Assembly: GCA_041650935.1 (NCBI GenBank)
Contig: JBAZKH010000003.1
Span: 37,269-101,268 of the forward strand
DNA: 64,000 nt
Direction: 5' to 3'
DNA from: Candidatus Omnitrophota bacterium
Lineage (GTDB): Bacteria; Omnitrophota; Gorgyraeia; 2-01-FULL-45-10
Shown here: positions 41,267 to 50,965 of the stretch, one piece after another
Layout: the number at the start of each line of letters is the position of its first letter
How positions within the stretch are numbered: position 1 is the first letter of the stretch
Notes under the pieces: model-generated
What the model was told of the DNA's origin: nothing
The model's input: the letters and a program-made list of their open reading frames with translations, nothing else
Database searches by the model: none
Program-made: the position numbers and the translations under genes

Positions 41267-41520
41267 TGTACCACTCGCAACAACTGGCTATAGATATTGC
41301 TCGGGTACATGGCGCAGCCATGTACCATATGCAGTCGCAGCGTGTAGTGGTACATGCCCTATACCTGAAAAATACCGAAGGTATTTTGAATGGTATAGGG
41401 CCCTAAACAATTCTGCTACGCCCGTCGGTAGTCAGACCGAGGTAGGGCTTCGCCCAGCACCCGAGCAAAGCGAGTGGTGCTCAGGTACATGGCGCAGCTA
41501 TAGAGCGGAGTTTATAGGGA
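41267..41520. repeat. Mosaic repeat in the 3' trailer of ssrA
   Basis: TGTACCACTCGC abuts the CCA end. Also present: the GGTACATGG…CCATGTACC hairpin, the nested hairpin 41356-41401 (a covarying copy of 32015-32060), and the GGGCTTCGCCCAGCACCCGAGC module at 41445-41480. Confidence 0.6.
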
Positions 41521-41557
41521 ATTGTGTCGCTTCGTGACCTGAGATCCGGGAAATTTA

Positions 41558-42403
41558 TTACAGCTTCGCAAATTCACCGAACGTGATCAGCTTGATCCCC
41601 TTATCGGCTATCGCTTTTTTGACGCGGCGGCTGGTGAGTGCGGCAAGGTCGGTTTCGCAGTTCCTGTGGAAGATGCATCTATCCAGGACTTCCGCGCTTA
41701 TAAATCCCGGGTGCGCGACAAGTTCCGTCGTTCCCTCGGGCAGGTTGTCCAGCATCTTCATGAGCAGTTCCTCGCGGATATTTCCTCCGTCGAGAAATCC
41801 CAAGAAACTACCGGTATGGCGGATGGACGCGTTATCAAGCGCCCGTCTAACGCCCATATCAAAATATTCCATTATACATCTCCTGTAGATCCGCTTCAGA
41901 CTGTATGGATAGCGGAGACTGTCTCCATGCAGGCATCTTATCGAGGGTACATTGTATTCCTTCGCCAATTTCACAAACAACTTCAAGATACCGGGCAGCA
42001 TATGGATATGCTGATGGCTGCTCAGGTTCGTTATAGGTATTCCCAGGGTCTTCAGCCTCTCCATCTGGTTCTTAAGCTCTGCGTAAATCTGCCCGCCGTC
42101 TATTCTCTTTAATATGAGCCGAGGAAGAAACTCCGGGTAACTTTTGTGGAAACGCCCGTCCCGCGTAGTTAACGCGGGCACCGTTTCGACCAGGCTTACC
42201 GGCGAGGTCTCCGTCAGGGCAAGATGGGCGCCGATCTCTTTCGGTTTAACGGTCCTCAGTAACGCCGCGGCGTCATAAAACGCTCCGCCGCTCGGGATCA
42301 TATTGAGGTTCGTGACTATCCCCTCTTCGAAACTTTTAATGATGCCACGGTTTATGCTCTCGGATAGCCCCAGATCATCCGCGCTGACTATTAAATACTT
42401 CAT
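41558..42403 (-). CDS. YdjC/ChbG-like carbohydrate deacetylase family protein
   Basis: MKYLIVSADDLGLSESINRGI… The short start at 42403 is preferred over 42544. Confidence 0.75.
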   Translation of the reverse strand: MKYLIVSADDLGLSESINRGIIKSFEEGIVTNLNMIPSGGAFYDAAALLRTVKPKEIGAHLALTETSPVSLVETVPALTTRDGRFHKSYPEFLPRLILKRIDGGQIYAELKNQMERLKTLGIPITNLSSHQHIHMLPGILKLFVKLAKEYNVPSIRCLHGDSLRYPYSLKRIYRRCIMEYFDMGVRRALDNASIRHTGSFLGFLDGGNIREELLMKMLDNLPEGTTELVAHPGFISAEVLDRCIFHRNCETDLAALTSRRVKKAIADKGIKLITFGEFAKL

Positions 42404-42417
42404 AATCCTCCGCTCGG

Positions 42418-42539
42418 AAATTTTTCGTACCAGTCTAATACGCTGTGGCGCTGTGGTTCGCAGGGCATAAAATTTCGAGCAGGGGCGAGAAATTTTCCTG
42501 AGCGAAATTTTGCATGGCCAAAATTTCGCGTCCCTGCAA
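42418..42539. repeat. 28-bp inverted repeat (one mismatch) separated by a 66-bp spacer containing AAATTTCG-type repeats
   Basis: ATACGCTGTGGCGCTGTGGTTCGCAGGG … CCCTGCAAACCACAGCGCCACAGCGTAT. It lies between the YdjC-like start and the GT2 end. Confidence 0.5.
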
Positions 42540-42565
42540 ACCACAGCGCCACAGCGTATCCGATT

Positions 42566-43270
42566 TCAGAAATTGAAAAATTTATACCTTATCATATCCC
42601 AGAACGTACGCGCTACGACGCTTATACGCGATATCGTAGATTCTCCCTGCATCCGCAGGTCGAAGATCAACCCGTATTGCGCTATCTTAAAGCCTCTCTT
42701 CGAGGCCTCGGCAAAGATTTCGACGTCGATAAAGGGGCTCCGCGACTTGAGATCGAGCCCTTCGAGGACTTCCCGCCTGTAGATTTTAAGCCCGGAATTT
42801 ATATCCCGTATCTTCAGTCCGAATAAGAGTCGGACAAGAAAATTATATCCTTTCGACATGATTATGCGCTTGAGGCTCGCATCTTTCAGTACAAGGCTGC
42901 AGGCGGTAACTATGTCGGCATTGTTCAATAATTCAAGTGCCCGCGCCATGTCCTCCTCCCTCGCGGGAAGATCCGAATCGGTATAGATAACCGCATCCTT
43001 CGACGCATGCTTCAGGCCCTCTTTGAGCGCTCCTCCGAATTTGGTATTGACCTTCAGGTGAAAGGTCTTTACATGGTTGTCCCGGGCGGCAATAGCATCG
43101 ACCAGCGCGCCGCTTCCGTCGGTAGAGGCGTCGTCGACAATGACTATTTCGTAATCATCGCATATCCGGCCGGCCAGGACCGCGATCCGCCGGATGGTAT
43201 TCTCTATATTCCCGGCCTCGTTGAACATGGGAAGGACAAAGGATATGTTGTATTTCTTCATTTTCCGCAC
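42566..43270 (-). CDS. Family 2 glycosyltransferase (polyprenyl-phosphate sugar transferase, ArnC/DPM1-like)
   Basis: SFVLPMFNEAGNI…VIVDDASTDGS…DSDL. Confidence 0.8.
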   Translation of the reverse strand: MRKMKKYNISFVLPMFNEAGNIENTIRRIAVLAGRICDDYEIVIVDDASTDGSGALVDAIAARDNHVKTFHLKVNTKFGGALKEGLKHASKDAVIYTDSDLPAREEDMARALELLNNADIVTACSLVLKDASLKRIIMSKGYNFLVRLLFGLKIRDINSGLKIYRREVLEGLDLKSRSPFIDVEIFAEASKRGFKIAQYGLIFDLRMQGESTISRISVVARTFWDMIRYKFFNF

Positions 43271-44919
43271 TTTCTCTCGAGAAGATAAACGCCGTCTTCC
43301 GGAATTTCATTGGTCACGATAACCCGCTTGCCTACTTTATAGACACAATACGACGGCTTTACGTAGTCGCTATTGATAAGCGGATCGTACATCCCTCTGT
43401 GGTTCTGCTCTTTTATAATACACCATCCGCGCTTATCGGAGTTTAAAAATTTAAGCAGCGCTTCATGATGATCGAGATCCGCCGGAAATTTATCCGCATA
43501 GAAGGCCACACCCGCCATGTAATCGCTCTGTGCGCCGAGAGGCTCTCCTTTTTTCATCATGGAGCGCAGTTTCAATGCCGCCTCTTTACTGGTTTCCAAT
43601 CGTTCTACTTCCGGCAGGACGAGAAAATTGAGCGGCAATAAAAACATTGCTACAGAAGCCGCTATCAGGAAAAACGCGGCAAGATATCTCTTTTTGATGA
43701 AGGCGAATGCCGAAACGATAAAACCGAACACCAGCAAGAGGCTCGAGACTGCAACACCCCTGAATAATTCCGGCATATCAAAATAGATATAGACCGGTAC
43801 GCCTATCGCGCCGGCAATGACAACGGCCGTCAACAGGTAATAAGAAAACCGCACCCCCGTCGAGACGGGTCCGGACGGCCCTGCAGAGCCCAGGAAATCG
43901 TCCCATAGGACGCCCACAATGAGCGCAACCGATATAAACGACGGAAAGATATACGTAGGCAGTTTGGTGCGCGAAATCGAAAAAAAGATAAATATTGCCA
44001 GGAACCATACGAAGAGAAAGATTATATTGTTCTTTTCGGATCTTGTCCCGGACCGGATCTTTTTAAAGCCATGCCAGGCAGCAAAAGGCAGGAAGACGCT
44101 CCATGGAAAGAAACCGCCGAACAGGATCGGGATATTATAATAAAATTGGGAGCCTATCTTATGTTCCGACTGCATAAACCTTGTTACATTCTGGAAACCG
44201 AAGAATGCGTCGATAAATTCCCTGCCGTGCAGTTTATACGCAAGGCCGTACCACGGCCCCGCTACGACGACAAAGGCCAGGATGCACCAGCCCAAAGGTA
44301 TCTTCTTTAACGCCTTTAGATTCCCGGGGAGGAAGAAAAAAACAAGGAATATCGCTGCGGGCAGTATTATGGCTATCGGCCCCTTAGTAAGGGCGGCAAG
44401 GGCAAACGCCGCCGATGATAAGCCATAAAAATACCTCTTCTCTTCCAGATAGCCATAAAAGAAGAAGAGGACGCCCAGCAGCATAAAGACCGTCAGCACC
44501 ATATCGGTTATACACGCCCTGGAAAGGACGACATATTCTACGCTTGTCGCCAATATCACCGCGGAGAGGAAGCCGGCCCTTTTATTGAACAGAAGTTTCC
44601 CGAGAAGATAGATCGCGATCACGCCCAATAAACCGAATATTGCCGACGGAAGCCTGGCCGCGGTTTCGTTCACTCCGAAAACTTTATAAGAGAGCTCAAT
44701 CAGCCAGTAGATCATGATGGGTTTCTCGAACTGCGGTTCACCTAAAAGGTATGGGGTGACCCATTCGCCCCTCGCAAGCATCTCCTTGGCCGTCTGGGCA
44801 TAGAAAGTCTCGTCGGGGTCCGTCAGCGCCAGGCCGCCCAGCTTAAAGAAAAAGATGTAGGCGCACAACAGAACGAGTATCGTTATTGCAAGAAATGGCT
44901 TTTCGAATACTTTGACCAT
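43258..44919 (-). CDS. ArnT/PMT-family membrane glycosyltransferase (GT83/GT39-like)
   Basis: LTDPDETFYAQTAKEM…EKPIMIYWL and multiple transmembrane segments. Overlaps the GT2 gene. Confidence 0.8.
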   Translation of the reverse strand: MVKVFEKPFLAITILVLLCAYIFFFKLGGLALTDPDETFYAQTAKEMLARGEWVTPYLLGEPQFEKPIMIYWLIELSYKVFGVNETAARLPSAIFGLLGVIAIYLLGKLLFNKRAGFLSAVILATSVEYVVLSRACITDMVLTVFMLLGVLFFFYGYLEEKRYFYGLSSAAFALAALTKGPIAIILPAAIFLVFFFLPGNLKALKKIPLGWCILAFVVVAGPWYGLAYKLHGREFIDAFFGFQNVTRFMQSEHKIGSQFYYNIPILFGGFFPWSVFLPFAAWHGFKKIRSGTRSEKNNIIFLFVWFLAIFIFFSISRTKLPTYIFPSFISVALIVGVLWDDFLGSAGPSGPVSTGVRFSYYLLTAVVIAGAIGVPVYIYFDMPELFRGVAVSSLLLVFGFIVSAFAFIKKRYLAAFFLIAASVAMFLLPLNFLVLPEVERLETSKEAALKLRSMMKKGEPLGAQSDYMAGVAFYADKFPADLDHHEALLKFLNSDKRGWCIIKEQNHRGMYDPLINSDYVKPSYCVYKVGKRVIVTNEIPEDGVYLLERKCGK

Positions 44920-44952
44920 GCTGCCTTAGATTACTATAAAATATATATAGTG

Positions 44953-45768
44953 TCAATGGGCATGGTCATGGCTGGGATGCTCGTGCGGATGGACGTGGGC
45001 CTTGCCGCCATGGCGGTGAAAATGGCTATGGATTAAATTATTTTCCTCAAGGAATTCCGTGTCGGCCAATAGTCCGGCCGGCGCACCGCTCCTTACTATC
45101 CTCTTGTCACGGCTGAAGACATGCACGACATCCGCGATCTCCTCTATTATATGCATATCGTGCGTCGCGGTAACGATCGTCTTCCCGTCTTCATGATATT
45201 TATTAAGGAGGTCTACGAGACCCCTGGAAGTTTTCGGATCCAACCCCGCGGTGGGCTCGTCCAACAGCAGGAGTTCTGGACCGGATATCAGGACAGACGC
45301 CATGGAAACTTTACGTTTTTCCCCTATGCTCAGCTGGTGCGGCATCCTGTCTACCAGGTCTTTTATGCCGAAAATATCCACGATAGAATCGAAGGCCTTC
45401 GTTATCTCTTTATGGCTGAAACCAAAGTTTAACGGGCCAAACATTATCTCTTCTTTTACCGTCGGGCAGAATAGCTGGACATCCGGATTCTGGAAGACAA
45501 GGCCCACTCTGCTTCTGAAATAGCGGTTAAACCGCTCATCCGCAAGGGATTCCTCGTCCAGGTCCGCGCCAAAAAATTTTACAGAGCCCGCGTCCGGGAA
45601 GATGAGGCCGTCGAGGACATTTAGAAGCGTTGATTTTCCCGATCCGTTCGCGCCTATGACGGCTACCCTCTCGCCCCGCCCGACCGTAAGATCCACACCC
45701 TGCAGGGCGGGATATCTGCCAAGATAGGAGAAGTGGACACCTTCCAGTTCGAATATCTTCTTTTTCAT
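44953..45768 (-). CDS. cbiO: ECF transporter ATPase (CbiO/NikO-like) with a His-rich C-terminal tail
   Basis: Walker A motif GANGSGKST, LSIGEKRKV signature, and a HSHFHRHGGKAHVHPHEHPSHDHAH tail. Confidence 0.8.
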   Translation of the reverse strand: MKKKIFELEGVHFSYLGRYPALQGVDLTVGRGERVAVIGANGSGKSTLLNVLDGLIFPDAGSVKFFGADLDEESLADERFNRYFRSRVGLVFQNPDVQLFCPTVKEEIMFGPLNFGFSHKEITKAFDSIVDIFGIKDLVDRMPHQLSIGEKRKVSMASVLISGPELLLLDEPTAGLDPKTSRGLVDLLNKYHEDGKTIVTATHDMHIIEEIADVVHVFSRDKRIVRSGAPAGLLADTEFLEENNLIHSHFHRHGGKAHVHPHEHPSHDHAH

Positions 45769-46601
45769 GATATGTTGAAAAATATTACGGCCAGAAAGAC
45801 CGAACACGCGAACCATACCCAATCCCGCGGCCGCGCTTTAAAATCATTAAATACAGCCGGCTCTCCGTTGTACCCTCTCGAAAGCATAGCGTTGTAGACT
45901 GCTTCGTTGAGCCGGTACGAGCGGTACCATAGCGACGCCATGCTCCAGGCCGCCATCCTCTGCCCTTTTTTATAGTGGATCCTTCGCCCGACGCGGCTCT
46001 TGATAGCCAGATAAGTATTTTCGACAACCTCTACAAAAAGATATATGTACCGGTAGCACATCCCCAGCACCATTACAAATATATGCGGCACCTTAAACAC
46101 GCGCAATACCTTCAATAACTCAAAATGCTTCGTTGTAATACTGAGGAGGACCGCAAAAGATACGGATGTTATTACCCGCGCAACAAATAATGAGGCGCCG
46201 CCCAGGCCCTGACGGGTAATGACAAAATTCAACCCCATGAATTTAAAAGATGCGAGCGCCGCACCGGGTGTAAAGACGCTGAATATCGCGGGCACGGCTA
46301 TGAAGAGCGAGAATACAGGTATGAATATCCATGTCCTTTTAAGAAAGAAAATAAGGTTTATCTTCGAAATATAAACAAGCACAAGACACAAAAAGTAGAG
46401 ATAAAGGCTCGTGATAATGCTTTTGGTAAATAGCACCACCAGGATAAAGAGAAGGAACGATGCCGTCTTAAACCTGGGGTCGATCGATTGCAGGAATCCT
46501 CTGCTCGAGGCGTATTCGTCGGAGAATACGGATTCTCTCAAAAAAGATAGAGCGCCCAATATCGAGCGCTCTATAAAGCTGTTATGTTTTTTTGAATGCA
46601 T
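45765..46601 (-). CDS. cbiQ: ECF transporter T-component (CbiQ family)
   Basis: Polytopic membrane protein. ATGA overlap with cbiO. Confidence 0.75.
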   Translation of the reverse strand: MHSKKHNSFIERSILGALSFLRESVFSDEYASSRGFLQSIDPRFKTASFLLFILVVLFTKSIITSLYLYFLCLVLVYISKINLIFFLKRTWIFIPVFSLFIAVPAIFSVFTPGAALASFKFMGLNFVITRQGLGGASLFVARVITSVSFAVLLSITTKHFELLKVLRVFKVPHIFVMVLGMCYRYIYLFVEVVENTYLAIKSRVGRRIHYKKGQRMAAWSMASLWYRSYRLNEAVYNAMLSRGYNGEPAVFNDFKARPRDWVWFACSVFLAVIFFNIS

Positions 46602-46936
46602 TATTCATTCTTCCTGGCCAACGTCTTCCCTATGAACAGCACAATGATAACCGTTATGCCTATCCCTATTATAGCCGATATTATATAGGCTAAACTTAAA
46701 CGAGGCAAGCCTTTATCTTCCCATCCCTTGAACGCGTAATCCGGGATCGGCGCATTCCAAAGCCCGGCAAGCTTCTCGAGGCCTTGAGGAATATATCCTG
46801 CAAGTTCCTGCATCTCTTCGGCGCCCCATTCGCCCCATGCCGAGCCCGCTTTAAAATGTTCAGGTAATATCAATCCAACAGGAGTAAGGATTATCAATAC
46901 CGCCAAACCTATCCAAAGTTTCGTTGCAAGTTTCAT
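46601..46936 (-). CDS. PDGLE-domain / CbiN-like small membrane subunit
   Basis: Two transmembrane segments and a PQGLE motif. Lies between cbiM and cbiQ. Confidence 0.55.
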   Translation of the reverse strand: MKLATKLWIGLAVLIILTPVGLILPEHFKAGSAWGEWGAEEMQELAGYIPQGLEKLAGLWNAPIPDYAFKGWEDKGLPRLSLAYIISAIIGIGITVIIVLFIGKTLARKNE

Positions 46937-46951
46937 AGTATCTCCTATATG

Positions 46952-46978
46952 GTAGGGGCAGGTTTAAACCTGCCCTAC
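46952..46978. repeat. TTTAAA-centred palindrome (GTAGGGGCAGGTTTAAACCTGCCCTAC) between cbiM and the N-like gene
   Basis: Same architecture as the hairpins at 22877-22904 and 30008-30035, with G to C covariation in the stem. Confidence 0.5.
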
Positions 46979-46987
46979 AACGGTAAA

Positions 46988-47659
46988 TTATTTTTTTATA
47001 AGCCCCGGATCCTGCTTCTGTATATATTTTATCACAAGTGCGGTAACTATCGCCTCCACCCATCCGAAGACTAAAGCATGTTCGCCTATCATGGCGGGAA
47101 GCGCGATATTCAACCCGTACGGGCAATATAGCGCCTGTCCGGCCGCCGTCTTGTGAAGAAGCGGCTGGATGCCGAACTCAAATCCCGTCAGGGCGGCGGC
47201 AATATTAAGCGCAACATACCCGGCAACTCCCGCGGCGATAACTCTCCTGTTTGAATCTGCCGGCGAATCATAACTTATCGCTTTATATATATAGTAGCCG
47301 GTAAACGGCAATACAAACGCCATGTTAAAACAGTTCGCGCCGATCGCTGTAATCCCGCCGTCTCCGAAGAGCAGTGCCTGGATGACAAGGGCTACCGTTA
47401 TAGCGATACATGCCGCCCACGGGCCCAGGAGTATCGCAACCAATACTCCGCCTACAGCGTGACCGGTCGTGCCTCCGGGTATCGGCACATTGAACATCAT
47501 GATCACGAAACTGAACGCGGCGCCTATCGCCAGCAGAGGCACCTGTTTCGCGTTCAAAGTCCTTTTAACAACCTTAGAAGCTATTGCCCATATAGGCGCC
47601 ATCAATATGTAGAAGAAACCGCATGTTGTCGGTCCCAAATATCCGTCCGGTATATGCAT
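46988..47659 (-). CDS. cbiM: ECF Ni/Co transporter substrate-capture component
   Basis: N-terminal MHIPDGYL motif typical of CbiM/NikM. Confidence 0.88.
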   Translation of the reverse strand: MHIPDGYLGPTTCGFFYILMAPIWAIASKVVKRTLNAKQVPLLAIGAAFSFVIMMFNVPIPGGTTGHAVGGVLVAILLGPWAACIAITVALVIQALLFGDGGITAIGANCFNMAFVLPFTGYYIYKAISYDSPADSNRRVIAAGVAGYVALNIAAALTGFEFGIQPLLHKTAAGQALYCPYGLNIALPAMIGEHALVFGWVEAIVTALVIKYIQKQDPGLIKK

Positions 47660-47704
47660 AATCCCGCCCCTCTCTTTTTTAGGATGAAATCTGATTCGCA
47701 GATT

Positions 47705-49138
47705 TCAGAAGTCCAATTGTCCCCTCATACCATATATGAACATAGTCCTGTCAAAACCCAGCCCCTGATATGACTCGCTTATGCCATAAGGGTTCCATAT
47801 CCACTGGAGGTCGGGTGTTATTTTAAGATTCTTGGTAAGCTTAATATTATAGTAAATTTCTATGTGGCCTTCCGCGGCACCGCTGGCGCCCGCGGCCAGC
47901 GCGGCATCGGAATCTTTATACGCTTTGCCCGGCAACGCCTGGCCGACGGCAAACGCAAGCACATCGTCCGCCCTGTTCCAGTATTTACCGGTCATCTGGA
48001 TACCTGCCGACCACATCGCCTCGATGGGCGCAGCGTTCGGATTGGTACTTACGATAGCAATATCGGGCCTTTGCCACCCGAACCGTGAAAAGAGACCGAA
48101 TACATCGGTTATCATCTGGTCAAAGCTCAGGCCGAAACCGGTATTTGTATTTTTGGCATCGTCTGCCGGCTGTTCGAACTGCCCTACATATTTCGGATGG
48201 TAGAGGCCATTATACCACCAATATATCCTGTAGTTACCGCCCCACATCTTTTCATCATATCCGAATGCCTTTGCCGGCTGGAAAGCAAGTTCCGTCGATA
48301 TAAAAGGCTTGTCGAATATATCTTTGTACGTATTATTGGCGTTAAAATAGGAAGCGTTCACCGCAAGATAAGGGATCAGTTCCGGCGCTATCACCAGGGC
48401 GGCGCCCAGTGTATTATCATTTGGCCATTCTACGGCTGGAGAATTCCTGAATATACGCCCCAAAAACTGCGTACACTCGTTAAAGGCGTATTCGTTCTGA
48501 TCGAGATAGTTCGCAGGATCCATCTTGCCCGCCGTTACCGATACCTGTTTATTAAACAGGTAATGTTCATACCATACCTCGGTTATCGGGACATTGGAAT
48601 CCGTGTTATTTATATCCCTGTTGACGCTGCTATATAGCGATAATGAATCTTCCAGGCCGTTAGACTGTCCCGGCTCAAGATGGAGAAGCGCCAGGCCCCA
48701 ATCGTCAAATGCTTTTTCGATAAATATATCGGCCGACCATGAAGCGTCACAGCGGGATTTATTCGTATCGGCGGCATTGTTGGCATGAGGCGTCCCCTGC
48801 ACGACGAAAGTAGCGTCGGCCTGCATCTTGAAACCGCACGGCAATTCGACCCCCTCGCCCGGCGCATACTTTATCAGGCCTTCGGCAGGCACCGCCTGTA
48901 TAAGAGACTGCTTCACCTCGTTGACGGTCCCTTGCTGCGCCAGTATACTGCACTTCTGTTCGTTAACCTGCTTTTGGAGTTCCGCCACCTGTATCTTGAG
49001 CTGCTCCATTTCGGCGACCCTGGCCTTCAAAAGAGCTACTTCTTTATACAGGTCCACTTCGGCAGCCCAGGAGACAGCCTGCATACACATTCCAAACATC
49101 ATCAGCAGGCCGGCTGTCTTTGAAAAGAACTTTGCCAC
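47705..49138 (-). CDS. Putative outer-membrane porin with an N-terminal coiled-coil segment
   Basis: Signal peptide, a coiled-coil section (LLKARVAEMEQLKIQVAELQKQV), a beta-barrel-like remainder, and a C-terminal …LDF. Confidence 0.55.
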   Translation of the reverse strand: MAKFFSKTAGLLMMFGMCMQAVSWAAEVDLYKEVALLKARVAEMEQLKIQVAELQKQVNEQKCSILAQQGTVNEVKQSLIQAVPAEGLIKYAPGEGVELPCGFKMQADATFVVQGTPHANNAADTNKSRCDASWSADIFIEKAFDDWGLALLHLEPGQSNGLEDSLSLYSSVNRDINNTDSNVPITEVWYEHYLFNKQVSVTAGKMDPANYLDQNEYAFNECTQFLGRIFRNSPAVEWPNDNTLGAALVIAPELIPYLAVNASYFNANNTYKDIFDKPFISTELAFQPAKAFGYDEKMWGGNYRIYWWYNGLYHPKYVGQFEQPADDAKNTNTGFGLSFDQMITDVFGLFSRFGWQRPDIAIVSTNPNAAPIEAMWSAGIQMTGKYWNRADDVLAFAVGQALPGKAYKDSDAALAAGASGAAEGHIEIYYNIKLTKNLKITPDLQWIWNPYGISESYQGLGFDRTMFIYGMRGQLDF

Positions 49139-49277
49139 GTCTGCTCCCCTCCTTTCGTGTTACTATTTTGATTTTAGTGTTACTGCCAGGCAAAAAAAAT
49201 AGTTCGTTGCTACGTTTTAGAAAATTGTAACACATATCCCGTTAATGTCAATTACTTTTTTACGGGACTCCCTAAAC

Positions 49278-50291
49278 TTATTTTGGATTTTTATAGTAGC
49301 AGGTGCGGACATCGTATTCATCTTCTATCTCTCCCACGATCTCTTCCAGGAGATCCTCGAGGGTAATTATACCGACGGGCTTGCCTTTCGCATCCGTTAC
49401 GATACCGATATGGGTATGGCCTTTTTGAAACTCTTTCAGCAATTCCGAAACTTTCTTAGTCTCCGGGAATATCGCCGCGGGATAGATGATATCCTGCAGT
49501 ACAACAAGCTCTTTATTTATGGTAAGGTTCAGCAGATCCTTCATGTTGATGATCCCGACGATATTGTCGGGACTGCCCTTGTAGACCGGGAGACGCGAGT
49601 AGCCGGACTCGAGGACCTTATCCACAATGGCGTCGAAACCCGAATCTATATCTAAGGCCACCATCAAATCCTTCGGCGTCATGACATTTTTTACTATGGC
49701 TTCGCTGAAATCGAAGACTTTGGAAAGCATCTTATATTTTTCTTTGTGCAGGATGTTCTCCTCGGCGCTTATCTTTATAAGCGCCCTCAATTCCTCGTCG
49801 GTAATGAGCGCGGGCCTGGACGGAGCCTGAGCGCTGACAAGCCTCAGGACAAAGTTGGTAACATAGACCAGGCCCTTCACTACCGGAGAAAATGCTATTA
49901 TAAGGTAATTGACCGGCTTTGCCAGGAATAGGGAGAGTTTCTCGGAATGCGTCGCCGCAAGCGTCTTGGCCACTACCTCGAAGACTATAATGGCCAGCGA
50001 ACCCGCTATAGTAGCGATGATTATGCCCTTTTGTTCGCCCATGAGGGCGATCATTATGGCCGTTACGATCGCGGCGATAAGCGTATCGATGATATTGTTT
50101 ACTACGAGGATCGTACTGAAGAACTTCTCCGGCGTCTCGAGCATCTGCTTTATTATGCGCGCCGATTTCGAACCCTGGGAAACGAGCTTGCGGATCTTGA
50201 TACGCGAAACCGCGATAATGGCTATCTCGGAAGCGGCGGTAAGCGCCGCCAATAAAAGCAGTATTATAATAAGAATTGCCGAAACCAACAT
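49278..50291 (-). CDS. CNNM/CorC/TlyC-family transporter (DUF21 plus CBS pair)
   Basis: N-terminal four-transmembrane DUF21 domain followed by tandem CBS domains and a CorC_HlyC C-terminus. Confidence 0.85.
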   Translation of the reverse strand: MLVSAILIIILLLLAALTAASEIAIIAVSRIKIRKLVSQGSKSARIIKQMLETPEKFFSTILVVNNIIDTLIAAIVTAIMIALMGEQKGIIIATIAGSLAIIVFEVVAKTLAATHSEKLSLFLAKPVNYLIIAFSPVVKGLVYVTNFVLRLVSAQAPSRPALITDEELRALIKISAEENILHKEKYKMLSKVFDFSEAIVKNVMTPKDLMVALDIDSGFDAIVDKVLESGYSRLPVYKGSPDNIVGIINMKDLLNLTINKELVVLQDIIYPAAIFPETKKVSELLKEFQKGHTHIGIVTDAKGKPVGIITLEDLLEEIVGEIEDEYDVRTCYYKNPK

Positions 50292-50312
50292 GGTCTATCT
50301 CCCCGGTACAGC

Positions 50313-50957
50313 CTAGCTTTTTTCCAGGATCGTCTTCATAAGCATGACGATACCGATCAAAGATATGACGATACCGCTGATCTTAGGTATGAGCGCTTCC
50401 GCTTTCCCGCCAAACCGCTTTCTGACCACCGCAAGTATTCCTCCTACGGCAAGTCCGAAAGGAAGGAGCGAGACCAGCGTCCCCAGCCCGAAGGAGGCGA
50501 CGAGAAGCCCGCCTTGAAACGGGCTCTTTGTGGCCGCGGCCATAACGAGGATGGCCATCTCTATCGGGCACGGAGGCAGACCGCGGATGATGCCGAATAA
50601 GAGCATGGAAAGATCGCCTTTCGCGCCCCGGAACTCCTTGACATAACAATGCGATTCCAGCTTATGGTCGTGGCTGAAGATCAGGAGCCCGAAAGCGATG
50701 GTAAACGAATTGGCAATTATTTCCAGGTACTTCGAGAATTTGGCAAGATACGCACCGCCTACATAGCCAAAGATAATGCCTAACGAAGTGTCCGCGATCA
50801 TCATGCCAAGGCCATACAGGAATACCAGGAAGAGTATCCTTTTAACATTTTTTCCTACGACCGTAGCATAAAGACTGGCTACAGCCTTGTCTTCGCACGG
50901 CTCGAGGACATGCAAAAGACCTATTACAAAAGCAGATGTTAATGTAAGCTCATTCAT
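50313..50957 (-). CDS. Six-transmembrane membrane protein with two PC-containing helices and a His-rich loop (NicO- or DsbD_2-like; function uncertain)
   Basis: HVLEPCEDK and GLPPCPIE motifs in transmembrane helices, plus an SHDHKLESH loop. Confidence 0.35.
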   Translation of the reverse strand: MNELTLTSAFVIGLLHVLEPCEDKAVASLYATVVGKNVKRILFLVFLYGLGMMIADTSLGIIFGYVGGAYLAKFSKYLEIIANSFTIAFGLLIFSHDHKLESHCYVKEFRGAKGDLSMLLFGIIRGLPPCPIEMAILVMAAATKSPFQGGLLVASFGLGTLVSLLPFGLAVGGILAVVRKRFGGKAEALIPKISGIVISLIGIVMLMKTILEKS

Positions 50958-50965
50958 TAATAATC

